From Bacteroidia bacterium (GTDB lineage Bacteria; Bacteroidota; Bacteroidia; NS11-12g; UBA9320): DNA of 64,000 nucleotides. Position numbers and translations under genes: made by a program. The stretch lies in the NCBI GenBank assembly GCA_965216465.1, contig CBDCFW010000006.1, positions 800,001 to 864,000 on the forward strand. Reading direction: 5' to 3'. Of this stretch, positions 48,818-57,629 are shown one piece after another. The notes under the pieces were generated by a model. The model saw nothing but the letters and a program-made list of their open reading frames with translations, was not told where the DNA came from and searched no databases. Numbering within the stretch: position 1 is the stretch's first letter; each line of letters starts with the position of its first letter.

Positions 48818-51800
48818 TATGAATGAATATTATCTATTCAAAACAACTTTCTTAGTGATAATAGAACCTTGAACATTCATTTGAACGTAGTAGATTCCAT
48901 TCGCTTGGTTAGTGATATCAACAGCGTAAGTTCCTTTGTTGATTTCACCGTTTTCAACGTTAAGTATTTGCTGACCTACAGCGTTGAACACATTGATAGT
49001 GATTTCTTCATTTTCAGGAAGATTCACATTGATGTTGAACAATCCGCTAGTTGGGTTAGGGCTAACACTTAAGATGTTTTCTAATGAAAGATCAGTTACG
49101 CTTCCAGTTAATGGGAAGTAATCGTGACTAACTTCTACCAAGATAACATGTTCGTTTGACTCATTTCCTGAATTATCTTCAGTTTTAAATGTTGCAGAGT
49201 ATAATCCTGGCTCCCAAACGTTGATGTCGTTGTGTACTAAAGTATGGTTATTAAATAGTACGTCTGGACCATCGTAGTTGTCAGAGAATAAGATGTAGTC
49301 AATTGCATCAAACTGAGAACCAACTCCAACTCTTAACATTCCACCAATTTTACTGGTTACAACTGGAGCTTCATCATCTACAACATGAACAGTTCTAACT
49401 TTCACAGAAACGTTACCTGCAGCATCAGTTGCAGTGTAAGTATCTTGGTAAGTTCCCAAAACGAATGGATTAACATTCGAAGTTTGAGTTAAACTGATTT
49501 GAGTTGTGTTATACAAGTTATCGCTTGCAGAAGCAGCAACTGGAGTATAGATTGAGTTCACTGGGTGATAAACAACGTCAAGAGTATGTAGGTCAATTAC
49601 AGGTGGGATAAAGTCTCTCACGATGTAGTTAATTTCTTGAACAGTTTGGTTACCACTTTCGTCAGTAGCTGTGTAAGTTACTGTAGTTGTACCTTGGAAA
49701 CGTGTATCTACCGCAGCACCACCTTGAGGAGAAGCAGGGTTAGCAGTGAAGCTAAGGTTGTCTCCTAGGCTGTTGTAGTTATCCGTTGCAGTGGTAATAT
49801 CAACAAAGATACTTTGTAACTGAACTTGAACTTCCCAAGGATCAGTATCGGTATCAGCAACAGCATTAGCAATAACAGGTAATTCAGTATCTACAACATG
49901 AATAGTTCTAGTAGCTGTAGTGCTGTTGTTTTGGTTATCCTGAACGAAGTAAGTAATGGTGTAAGAACCTAAAGTATTTACATCCACATTACCCGAAGTA
50001 ACGATAGCATTGTCAAGGTTACCCTCTTTAGCATCGTTAGCCGTAGCCCCAAGGTCAACCCAAGGAGTACCAACTTCGATCGTAGTGTCTGTAGAACCGT
50101 TAACAGTAAGAACAGGAGGAGTCTGGTCAACTACAACGTAAACTACACGAGTTACAGGAGCAGCAGTATTACCAGAAGCATCTGCTACATTATAAACTTC
50201 GTAGTAAACCCCAGTTAAAGTTTGGTCTACATCTGTAGTCATTTGGATGTTAGCAGAGATATCACCTTGAGAAGGATCTGTTGCAGTAGCTCCAGGAGTT
50301 ACGTAAGTAGCAGGAGAAACTTGCTCAATAAAGATGGTATCGTTATCGTTCAGCGTGATTACAGGATCGTCGCCATCGTTGATTACACGGATAGCATAAT
50401 CTTCGAATTCACCAATTCTGTTTGCCATTGGGTGGCTATTAGCACCACAAGGCATGTTAAGGTCAGTACCGTAACTAACACCAACTCTCATGATCGTATT
50501 AGCTTCGAAAGCTTGCGTGTAGTCAGGAACAGTAAAGCTACCCATCCAGCTAGTAGAAGTACCAGCAGCTTGGCTTGCAACTTCCTCACCAGCATCATCA
50601 AAATCACCATCAACGTTCCAGTCGATCCAGATTTTTCTGTTCATTGGGTTTGTGTTCGAAGCACGATCAACTTGGAAGTTGTAAACACCACCAAAGTTTA
50701 ATTCTACAGTACCTAACTCAGTGAAGTCTTCGTATCCAACACCAGTCATACTTTGGTTCTCCCACATTTGACCAGTAGCATCTTCTTCAAGACTTACATA
50801 GTTGATACCAATATCAGTACTTGTGGTAACACTCACAACAGGGTTACAGTGTTCAACCACAATTACATAGTTTGTTTTAACAAGAGTAGCTTCAGACACA
50901 GAAGAATCAGGTAGAGCGTTAAAGTTGTAAGCTTTAAGCTGTACAGCATAAACACCTGGTTGATCGAATCTGAAAGTTCTTTCGCTTAGTTGATCACTAG
51001 TAGGACCGGTAGCAGTAACACCTTGAGGAGGGAAGAATGACCACTCCCAACGGTTAGCTTTATCAGTCATAGCAGTAAACAATACCTCATCACCAACAGC
51101 AGGTCTTCTATTGTCAGCATAGAAATCAATTTCAGTAGGTGTATTCGGATTAGCAACCACGAAAGTTTGTGTAGAAGTACTTACTCTACCATCGCAAGAA
51201 GTTACCTTAAGTGTAAGTACATAAGTACCGTTAGTTAAGAATAACTGATCTAACCAGTGTCTGGTAGTAGCAACCGGAGTACCGTTCAAGCTCCACTCAA
51301 ACTCAGTACTACCTTCAGCATTTTGTGAAGTATTCATGAAGCTTTCAGTAACGGCGTTATAAATAGTATCGCCAGGAAGGTCAAAGCTTGCAATCGGAGC
51401 AGCACCTGTACCAGCAACGCTAGTCCAAGTAGCTTTAAATCCAGAATCTACAGCACCAGGAGTAGAGTTAAATAATAAGTACATCGCACCAGAGCTAGCA
51501 GTGATAGGACCAGAAGGAGCATTACCTCCAGTAAATCCATTACCAGGGTGAAGCGGAGTACCTAGAGCGTTAACTCCGTCGTATATTTTAAGATTAGCAT
51601 TCGCTAATAATTTGAACATTTCAAAGTTCAAGGTAACACTTTGAGCACCGCAAGGAGCGATAAGAGCTTCAAGGTTAGCCTCAGGAGCAGTATAGTCGTT
51701 AAACTCACCGCCTTTATCATAAATTGTACCTGCACCAGCAGTAATTACGTTCGATGGAAGAGAAGTCTCAGGTCCAATGCTAAAGCTGGTACGAGTTACT

Positions 51801-52359
51801 TCTATGTAGTCAACTTTACACGTAGTTGCTGAAGGCCCAACAACATTTGAAGACTTCAAGCAAACAGTCCATTTACCTTCACTCGGGAAGAAGTTTGAAT
51901 TAGGACCTGTATACACTAAAGGTGAACTATGGATGTATGGGTTGTTACCTTGTAAATCAGGTTGAGCATTGTAGTCAATTGTATCAATACCATTGGTTAA
52001 GTACCAATCCCAGTTGGTAGCACCATTGGTAGATAAATCGATTAACTCAAAATTATCATAGATTTCAACAATGTTTTTATTAGATACAAAATCAGCAACA
52101 GGAACAGCAGTAGGAGCAATAGCTACAACAGTTTTAGTTGTAGAATCTTTTCCTAAGCAGTTTTCACTTACAAGCTTAACGGTGTAAGTACCTGCAGTAC
52201 TGAAAATATGCTCAGCGTTTGTTGCAGAATAAGTAGTTCCGTCACTAATTGTCCAGTCATGAGCTATGTAACCTGATTGGTTAGCATTAACCATATTGGT
52301 AATCGTACCAATGTATACCGTATCAGGAACAAAGAAGTTGCTGCTTAAACCTGCAGGAA
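48818..52359. repeat. Copy 2 of the ~3.5-kb direct repeat
   Basis: See copy 1. Identity ends at cttaaacctgcaggaa, the GEVED/PKD junction. Confidence 0.95.
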
Positions 52360-52915
52360 CAGAAAGTGAAACACTGTAATCTTCTCCTTCACCATAACCA
52401 AATGTTCCGCCTCCACATGGTAGAGGTGTACCATCTTCGTCAAGTGAAATTCTTAACCGTGTAGTGCCCGTTGTGATATTACATGGAACAGTGAAGTTAA
52501 AATAGTACGTGTAATTTCCGTTAGTCGTGTTAATTTGATAGCCAATCTCTTCGCTATTCTCGAAAATTTCATTTTGATTGTAATCAATCCACACCTTACA
52601 TTGATCTTGATACATATTGAAACAATAAGAGGTGTAAACTTCTAAAGTGTAAGACCCACCAGCTGACAAATCAGCGGCAGTCAGTGAAGTGAAATCTTGA
52701 TATCCATTGCAATTGGTTGAAGGATTGTCAATAGTATTGTTATTTCCTACTAACTTCACATTGTGAATTTTGGACCAATTTGCAACGGTATAATTCAGAT
52801 TGCAATACTGTGCTAAAGAACTTGTGCTAAAGGCAAATAATCCTACCAAAAGCAGGACGAACCCTTTAGGTAATAGTTGAAAGCGGTTTTTTAAAAAGGT
52901 AAATGTTTTTTCCAT
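48830..52915 (-). CDS. Large T9SS type A surface protein B, paralog of gene A with a different N-terminal GEVED domain
   Basis: Same architecture as gene A. Start ATG 52915 (MEKTFTF, matching MEKTITY of A). N-terminal domain VWIDYNQN..FE..E...RLRI...YGEGEDY. Confidence 0.88.
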   Translation of the reverse strand: MEKTFTFLKNRFQLLPKGFVLLLVGLFAFSTSSLAQYCNLNYTVANWSKIHNVKLVGNNNTIDNPSTNCNGYQDFTSLTAADLSAGGSYTLEVYTSYCFNMYQDQCKVWIDYNQNEIFENSEEIGYQINTTNGNYTYYFNFTVPCNITTGTTRLRISLDEDGTPLPCGGGTFGYGEGEDYSVSLSVPAGLSSNFFVPDTVYIGTITNMVNANQSGYIAHDWTISDGTTYSATNAEHIFSTAGTYTVKLVSENCLGKDSTTKTVVAIAPTAVPVADFVSNKNIVEIYDNFELIDLSTNGATNWDWYLTNGIDTIDYNAQPDLQGNNPYIHSSPLVYTGPNSNFFPSEGKWTVCLKSSNVVGPSATTCKVDYIEVTRTSFSIGPETSLPSNVITAGAGTIYDKGGEFNDYTAPEANLEALIAPCGAQSVTLNFEMFKLLANANLKIYDGVNALGTPLHPGNGFTGGNAPSGPITASSGAMYLLFNSTPGAVDSGFKATWTSVAGTGAAPIASFDLPGDTIYNAVTESFMNTSQNAEGSTEFEWSLNGTPVATTRHWLDQLFLTNGTYVLTLKVTSCDGRVSTSTQTFVVANPNTPTEIDFYADNRRPAVGDEVLFTAMTDKANRWEWSFFPPQGVTATGPTSDQLSERTFRFDQPGVYAVQLKAYNFNALPDSSVSEATLVKTNYVIVVEHCNPVVSVTTSTDIGINYVSLEEDATGQMWENQSMTGVGYEDFTELGTVELNFGGVYNFQVDRASNTNPMNRKIWIDWNVDGDFDDAGEEVASQAAGTSTSWMGSFTVPDYTQAFEANTIMRVGVSYGTDLNMPCGANSHPMANRIGEFEDYAIRVINDGDDPVITLNDNDTIFIEQVSPATYVTPGATATDPSQGDISANIQMTTDVDQTLTGVYYEVYNVADASGNTAAPVTRVVYVVVDQTPPVLTVNGSTDTTIEVGTPWVDLGATANDAKEGNLDNAIVTSGNVDVNTLGSYTITYFVQDNQNNSTTATRTIHVVDTELPVIANAVADTDTDPWEVQVQLQSIFVDITTATDNYNSLGDNLSFTANPASPQGGAAVDTRFQGTTTVTYTATDESGNQTVQEINYIVRDFIPPVIDLHTLDVVYHPVNSIYTPVAASASDNLYNTTQISLTQTSNVNPFVLGTYQDTYTATDAAGNVSVKVRTVHVVDDEAPVVTSKIGGMLRVGVGSQFDAIDYILFSDNYDGPDVLFNNHTLVHNDINVWEPGLYSATFKTEDNSGNESNEHVILVEVSHDYFPLTGSVTDLSLENILSVSPNPTSGLFNINVNLPENEEITINVFNAVGQQILNVENGEINKGTYAVDITNQANGIYYVQMNVQGSIITKKVVLNR

Positions 52916-52959
52916 ATAGAATTTGGTTATAGCGCCCACAATTTTTCATGTGCGAACGC

Positions 52960-53000
52960 CAAATTTATATTATTAGAAACTTGTTCACAAGAAAGGTTGC
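52960..53000 (-). promoter_or_regulatory. Nested promoters for gene B: ECF-type GCAACC-N16-TTCTAA plus CTTG-N20-TAAATTTG
   Basis: Minus strand reads TTGCAACCTTTCTTGTGAACAAGTTTCTAATAATATAAATTTGG. Confidence 0.62.
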
Positions 53001-53100
53001 AAAAAAGTTGAATAGTGTATGTAAGAATTCTCTTCGGAACAAAAAAAGTTCAAATAAATTTGTGCACTAAGCTCAATTAAATCAACTTGCACTTTAAGCC

Positions 53101-56100
53101 ATGAACTTTGAAGACGTTTATCAATCACTTAACCCAAACCAGAAGTCAGCAGTAGACGCAATTGAAGGCTGTGTAATGGTTGTTGCGGGGCCTGGTACGG
53201 GCAAAACCCAGGTGCTCGGTGCACGTGTTGCAAGCATACTTTTAAAAACTGATACCAATCCCGAAAACATTCTTTGTTTAACCTTCACAGAAGCAGCAGC
53301 TACTTCATTGCGCAATAGACTATATCAGTTTATCGGTTCTGCTTCTCACCGGGTAAATATTTTAACTTATCACGGTTTTTGTAATCAGGTGATACAAGAG
53401 AACAAAGATTTGTTTGGGGTTCAGAATTTAAATCCGGTATCCGAGCTTGAAGTAATTGAATTGCTCAAAGAAATTATTGATGAACTTCCCAACTCAAGCG
53501 TCCTTAAAAGATTTAGAGGCGACGTTTATTATGACTCCAATAATCTTAAAAAATTATTCTCACTTCTAAAGAAAGACGACATCAGCCCGCAAGATATACA
53601 ACAAAGAGTGGCCGAGTATCTAGAAGAATTAAAAAATGATGAAAGCTTCTATTACAAAAGAAAGTCGGGGAACTTTCAAAAGGGCGACTTTAAAATTGAC
53701 CATTTTAACAAGGAGAAAGAAGCACTTGACAAACTCATTGAAGCAAGCAGATTGCTCCATGTATACGAGCAAAAACTAGCCCGTATTCAATGTTACGATT
53801 TTGATGATATGCTGAAATGGGTTTTGAACATGTTTAACAAAAACCCAGACCTTCTTTTAAATTATCAAGAGCAGTTTCACTATTTCTTAGTCGATGAGTA
53901 CCAAGACACGAATGGAGTTCAAAACAAACTTTTATATGATCTAATATCATACTGGGACAATCCAAATGTATTTGTCGTTGGAGACGATGACCAATCAATT
54001 TATAAATTTCAGGGAGCGAATGTCGAGAATATATATCAGTTCTATAAACGTTATGAGCAGTATGCTCAACTCATAGTCTTGGATGAAAACTATCGCTCAA
54101 GTCAAAATATACTGGATGGGAGTAACAGCATTATTTCTAAAAACGAAGAACGGTTGGTAGGCAAAGTACCTGGCCTAACCAAAAACATCAAAGCATCAAA
54201 TCCAGAAGTAAGCTCAATAACTCAAGCCGTAAAAGTCGTAGAATATCCAAATGCTTTTCAAGAAATTGTGAGTATTACTTCGAAGATTAAAAAACTGAAA
54301 ACAGAAGGAGTCAGTTATAAAGATGTGGCTGTGCTGTATCGAAACCATGCCCAGAGCGATGAACTAATCCGTTTTTTGGAAGCAGAGCGAATCGACTTTA
54401 ACGTTACACGAACACAAGATGTCCTCGAAGTGATAATTGTTAAACAGCTCAATGACTTTTTAAACTACCTCAAGCTAGAAGACAAGAAGTTAGACTCAGG
54501 TCAACACTTGTTATTTTCAATCCTGAATTTTAATCATTTCAAACATCTTTCAGCATTCGACATTGCCCGCATCAGTCGTTACTGCTACACTTATAAAAAA
54601 GAAGGAGGATGGAGAACGGTTCTGAACCAACTTCCAGGTGAGCTCAATATTTCAGACGCAGCAACCAAAGAGCTAAATCAATTTGTATCGGATACTGAGT
54701 ATTGGTTAAAAGAAATGCACAATTTAACCTTACAAGTTCTGGTTGAAAAGGTAATGTCTAAGATGGGATTTGTTTCTCGCGCACTTGCAGGAAGCGATGC
54801 CACCTTTGAGATGCAGTGTCTTAAAACGTATTTCAATTTCTTGAAAGAAGAAACCTCACGTAATCCTTACCTAAGCTTGTCTGAGTTTTTGGTGAAGGTT
54901 GATTTATTGATGAACAACGGAATCGGGTTAAAATTAAATCGAGTTGTGCATGGATTGAATGGCGTTAATCTCATGACTGTACATGGATCTAAAGGATTGG
55001 AATTTGACCATGTGTTCTTATTGGGTTGCACAGAAAAGAAATGGGAAAAAGATCGAACCAGTCTTCCTTTCGGTTTAAATAAAATTTGGGCAGGTGAGCC
55101 AAAGTCGGCTACAGAAGAAGAAGCCCGTCGATTATTTTATGTTGCCTTAACCCGAGCTAGAAAAGGAATTGAAGTTAGCTATGCTTTGAAAAATGAGAAA
55201 GACAAAGACATGGCTAAAAGCGTTTATGTTGTTGAGCTCGAGGAAAGCAATGCTGCAGTAATTTCAAAGGAGATGGCCAAAGAAGATGATATGCTACACT
55301 TCTTCGATTTTATGCTAAGTTACAATGATGAATCTTATGTTGATTTGGTCAATCAAGATTTTGTTAAGGCAATTCTTGAAGACTTTAGATTGAATGCAAC
55401 TAATCTGAACAATTACCTCAAGTGTCCGGTAACATTCTTTTATCAAAACATTATAAAGGTTCCATCTGCGAAAGGTGAAAACATGGCCTTTGGGTCTGCA
55501 GTTCATTATGCCTTAGAAGGATTATTTAAGCCAGATATAGAGCTTAACAATCCAACCGCTATGAAAGAAATGCTTACAACCCGTTTCAAAAACTATGTGC
55601 ACAATAACAAAGAGTCATTTACAACTGAAGCCTTAGAAAGAAGATTGCATTATGGAGGAGAGATTTTAAGAGGATACTATGATCAGTATAGTGATGATTT
55701 GATAAGTAATAATCAAGTTGAAACGGAGGTGTATTTCAACACCAGCGAGGTTGATGGTGTACCTATAAGTGGGGTGATAGACAAAATGATAGTCAAAGAC
55801 AAGGTAGTTCATGTTGTTGACTATAAAACGGGTAAGTATGAAACCGGAAGGAAGAAAGTAAGCCCTCCATCGGTCTTAGATTTAGAAAGCCAAGAGGAGA
55901 ATTATGAGAAGAAGCATGGTGGAGACTACTGGAGACAAGTGTTGTTTTATAAAGCACTAATTGAAAGCGATAAGCGTCTAAACTATGACGTGTTATCTGG
56001 AGAAATAGACTTCATTGAACCTCACAAAGAGGAATATCAAAAAGCTAAGATTATAATTCAAGATAATGAATACCAGTTTGTTAGAGCTCAAATCAAACAA

Positions 56101-56253
56101 GTGTATCAACGTATTATGAATATGGAATTTACCGAAGGCTGCAACGAACACGACTGCCAATGGTGTAACTTCAACCGGTATTATCTAGGTAAAAAGCGTT
56201 ACGAGCACGACGACCTTTTATCAACTCAATCCGTTGATATGGAAGAAAGATGA
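53101..56253 (+). CDS. UvrD/PcrA-like SF1 helicase fused to a PD-(D/E)XK nuclease
   Basis: AGPGTGKT, VDEYQD, GDDDQSIY.FQGA, NYRS, MTVHGSKGLEF, EARRLFYVALTRA; nuclease G.IDK...VDYKTG; Cys in YLKCP and C...C..C. Confidence 0.92.
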   Translation: MNFEDVYQSLNPNQKSAVDAIEGCVMVVAGPGTGKTQVLGARVASILLKTDTNPENILCLTFTEAAATSLRNRLYQFIGSASHRVNILTYHGFCNQVIQENKDLFGVQNLNPVSELEVIELLKEIIDELPNSSVLKRFRGDVYYDSNNLKKLFSLLKKDDISPQDIQQRVAEYLEELKNDESFYYKRKSGNFQKGDFKIDHFNKEKEALDKLIEASRLLHVYEQKLARIQCYDFDDMLKWVLNMFNKNPDLLLNYQEQFHYFLVDEYQDTNGVQNKLLYDLISYWDNPNVFVVGDDDQSIYKFQGANVENIYQFYKRYEQYAQLIVLDENYRSSQNILDGSNSIISKNEERLVGKVPGLTKNIKASNPEVSSITQAVKVVEYPNAFQEIVSITSKIKKLKTEGVSYKDVAVLYRNHAQSDELIRFLEAERIDFNVTRTQDVLEVIIVKQLNDFLNYLKLEDKKLDSGQHLLFSILNFNHFKHLSAFDIARISRYCYTYKKEGGWRTVLNQLPGELNISDAATKELNQFVSDTEYWLKEMHNLTLQVLVEKVMSKMGFVSRALAGSDATFEMQCLKTYFNFLKEETSRNPYLSLSEFLVKVDLLMNNGIGLKLNRVVHGLNGVNLMTVHGSKGLEFDHVFLLGCTEKKWEKDRTSLPFGLNKIWAGEPKSATEEEARRLFYVALTRARKGIEVSYALKNEKDKDMAKSVYVVELEESNAAVISKEMAKEDDMLHFFDFMLSYNDESYVDLVNQDFVKAILEDFRLNATNLNNYLKCPVTFFYQNIIKVPSAKGENMAFGSAVHYALEGLFKPDIELNNPTAMKEMLTTRFKNYVHNNKESFTTEALERRLHYGGEILRGYYDQYSDDLISNNQVETEVYFNTSEVDGVPISGVIDKMIVKDKVVHVVDYKTGKYETGRKKVSPPSVLDLESQEENYEKKHGGDYWRQVLFYKALIESDKRLNYDVLSGEIDFIEPHKEEYQKAKIIIQDNEYQFVRAQIKQVYQRIMNMEFTEGCNEHDCQWCNFNRYYLGKKRYEHDDLLSTQSVDMEER

Positions 56254-56311
56254 CCAAGTAGGGCCAAATTTCTTCAAAACAATACGTACTTTTGCCTTGT
56301 TTTTTACAAAC

Positions 56312-56875
56312 ATGGAATTAGCAGACGTAATAACCGTATATTCTGAAAAGACGCCGAATCCGGAGTCTATGAAGTTTGTGGCAAACAAGATGATTTTGCC
56401 AAATGATAGTGTTGACTTCAGAACAAAAGAAAATCTTGACGAATGCCCAATGGCAAAAGAGTTGTTTGAATACGACTTTGTAAAAGGAGTGTTTATCATG
56501 AACAACTTTGTTTCGGTAACAAAAAAAGCTGACTACGAATGGTTCGACATTATTCCTCAGCTTAAGAAATTTGTTCAAGACTACCTTGAAGCCGAAAAGC
56601 CAATCATTGAGAAAAAAGAGGAGTTAACTGAAGAAGAAGAAAGTGAAGTAGTGATGAAAATCAAACAACTTTTGGAGGATCATGTTAAGCCAGCAGTTGA
56701 AATGGATGGTGGAGCGATTGATTTTAAAAGCTTCGATGAAGGAGTTGTAACAGTTACTATGAAAGGTTCTTGTAGCGGATGCCCTTCAAGTACCTTAACG
56801 CTTAAAGCTGGAATTGAAAACCTACTAAAAAGAATGATACCTGAGGTTGAAGCTGTTGAAGCTGAAGCCGGATAA
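56312..56875 (+). CDS. NifU/NfuA family Fe-S cluster carrier
   Basis: E.TPNP..MKF N-domain; V.PAV.MDGG, G.CSGCPSS..TLK.GIE. Start ATG 56312, after a TACTTTTG element. Confidence 0.92.
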   Translation: MELADVITVYSEKTPNPESMKFVANKMILPNDSVDFRTKENLDECPMAKELFEYDFVKGVFIMNNFVSVTKKADYEWFDIIPQLKKFVQDYLEAEKPIIEKKEELTEEEESEVVMKIKQLLEDHVKPAVEMDGGAIDFKSFDEGVVTVTMKGSCSGCPSSTLTLKAGIENLLKRMIPEVEAVEAEAG

Positions 56876-56886
56876 ACAATAAAATT

Positions 56887-57561
56887 ATGATTAGAAAAAT
56901 TACCTTACTTTTATCATTAGCTCTTTTTGCAAGCTTTGGATTTGCTCAAGTTGAATTTAGCAAAGACTCAGCAGAACTTATTTATGTTGATATGACCAAC
57001 TTTGAGTATGCAGAAGAGGTTGAGATTACAAATAACAGTACAGATCCTGCAGATACTGTATTTACTTGGGAAAGAACTGTTGAAGCAATTCCTGATGAGT
57101 GGGGAACAGCGATATGTGACAAAGACCTTTGTTATCCAGAATCAACCAATACTGCTGGATTTATATTACCAATAGGTAAAACAATAAAGTTTAAGGTAAA
57201 TTATTACCCATATAATGCGAGAGGTTGTGGTGATGTAACGATTACTATTTTCTCAGATTTGAATCCGACTACGAACAATGACACGTTCTATACCGAGGTT
57301 TGTGCATTTAATCCAGCATCTGTGAAGGAAGTGCATCAATCATTCAAAATTTATCCTAATCCTGCAAAAGATTATATTACCATTCAGACTCAAAATCAAG
57401 GTGCATTGAACTACGGTATTTATGACATCCTTGGAAACTTACACCAAAGCGATGTGGTTTTATCAGGAGGTCAGATTGACATTCACAACTTGAAAAAAGG
57501 AGTTTATGTTCTTAGACTAGAGGGAGATCACTCAAGGTCACAAGTATTCCATAAGCTATAA
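56887..57561 (+). CDS. Small T9SS type A cargo protein
   Basis: Signal peptide; W...IC...LCY; CTD KIYPNPA.D.I......IYDILG.......GVY. Confidence 0.85.
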   Translation: MIRKITLLLSLALFASFGFAQVEFSKDSAELIYVDMTNFEYAEEVEITNNSTDPADTVFTWERTVEAIPDEWGTAICDKDLCYPESTNTAGFILPIGKTIKFKVNYYPYNARGCGDVTITIFSDLNPTTNNDTFYTEVCAFNPASVKEVHQSFKIYPNPAKDYITIQTQNQGALNYGIYDILGNLHQSDVVLSGGQIDIHNLKKGVYVLRLEGDHSRSQVFHKL

Positions 57562-57580
57562 AAAAGAAATAACACGATAC

Positions 57581-57610
57581 AAAAAATGGGGCCGAGAGCC
57601 CCATTTTTTT
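57581..57610. terminator. Bidirectional intrinsic terminator
   Basis: aaaaaatggggc-cgaga-gccccatttttt between convergent genes. Confidence 0.9.
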
Positions 57611-57629
57611 TGTTTAATTTTTAAGTTTA

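Noticed and set aside
44566-51832. Duplicated plus-strand ORFs (44566/48869, 45919/50222, 47338/51641)
   Set aside because: Antisense shadows of the repeated large genes; their duplication is explained by the repeat.
44515-52915. Diversity-generating retroelement or invertase shufflon as the source of tip variation
   Set aside because: No reverse transcriptase or recombinase in the window, no short template repeat or flanking inverted repeats seen, and the differences do not look adenine-restricted.
56234-56311. Extended NifU N-terminus overlapping the helicase
   Set aside because: A -7 promoter element lies inside it and homology starts at ATG 56312.
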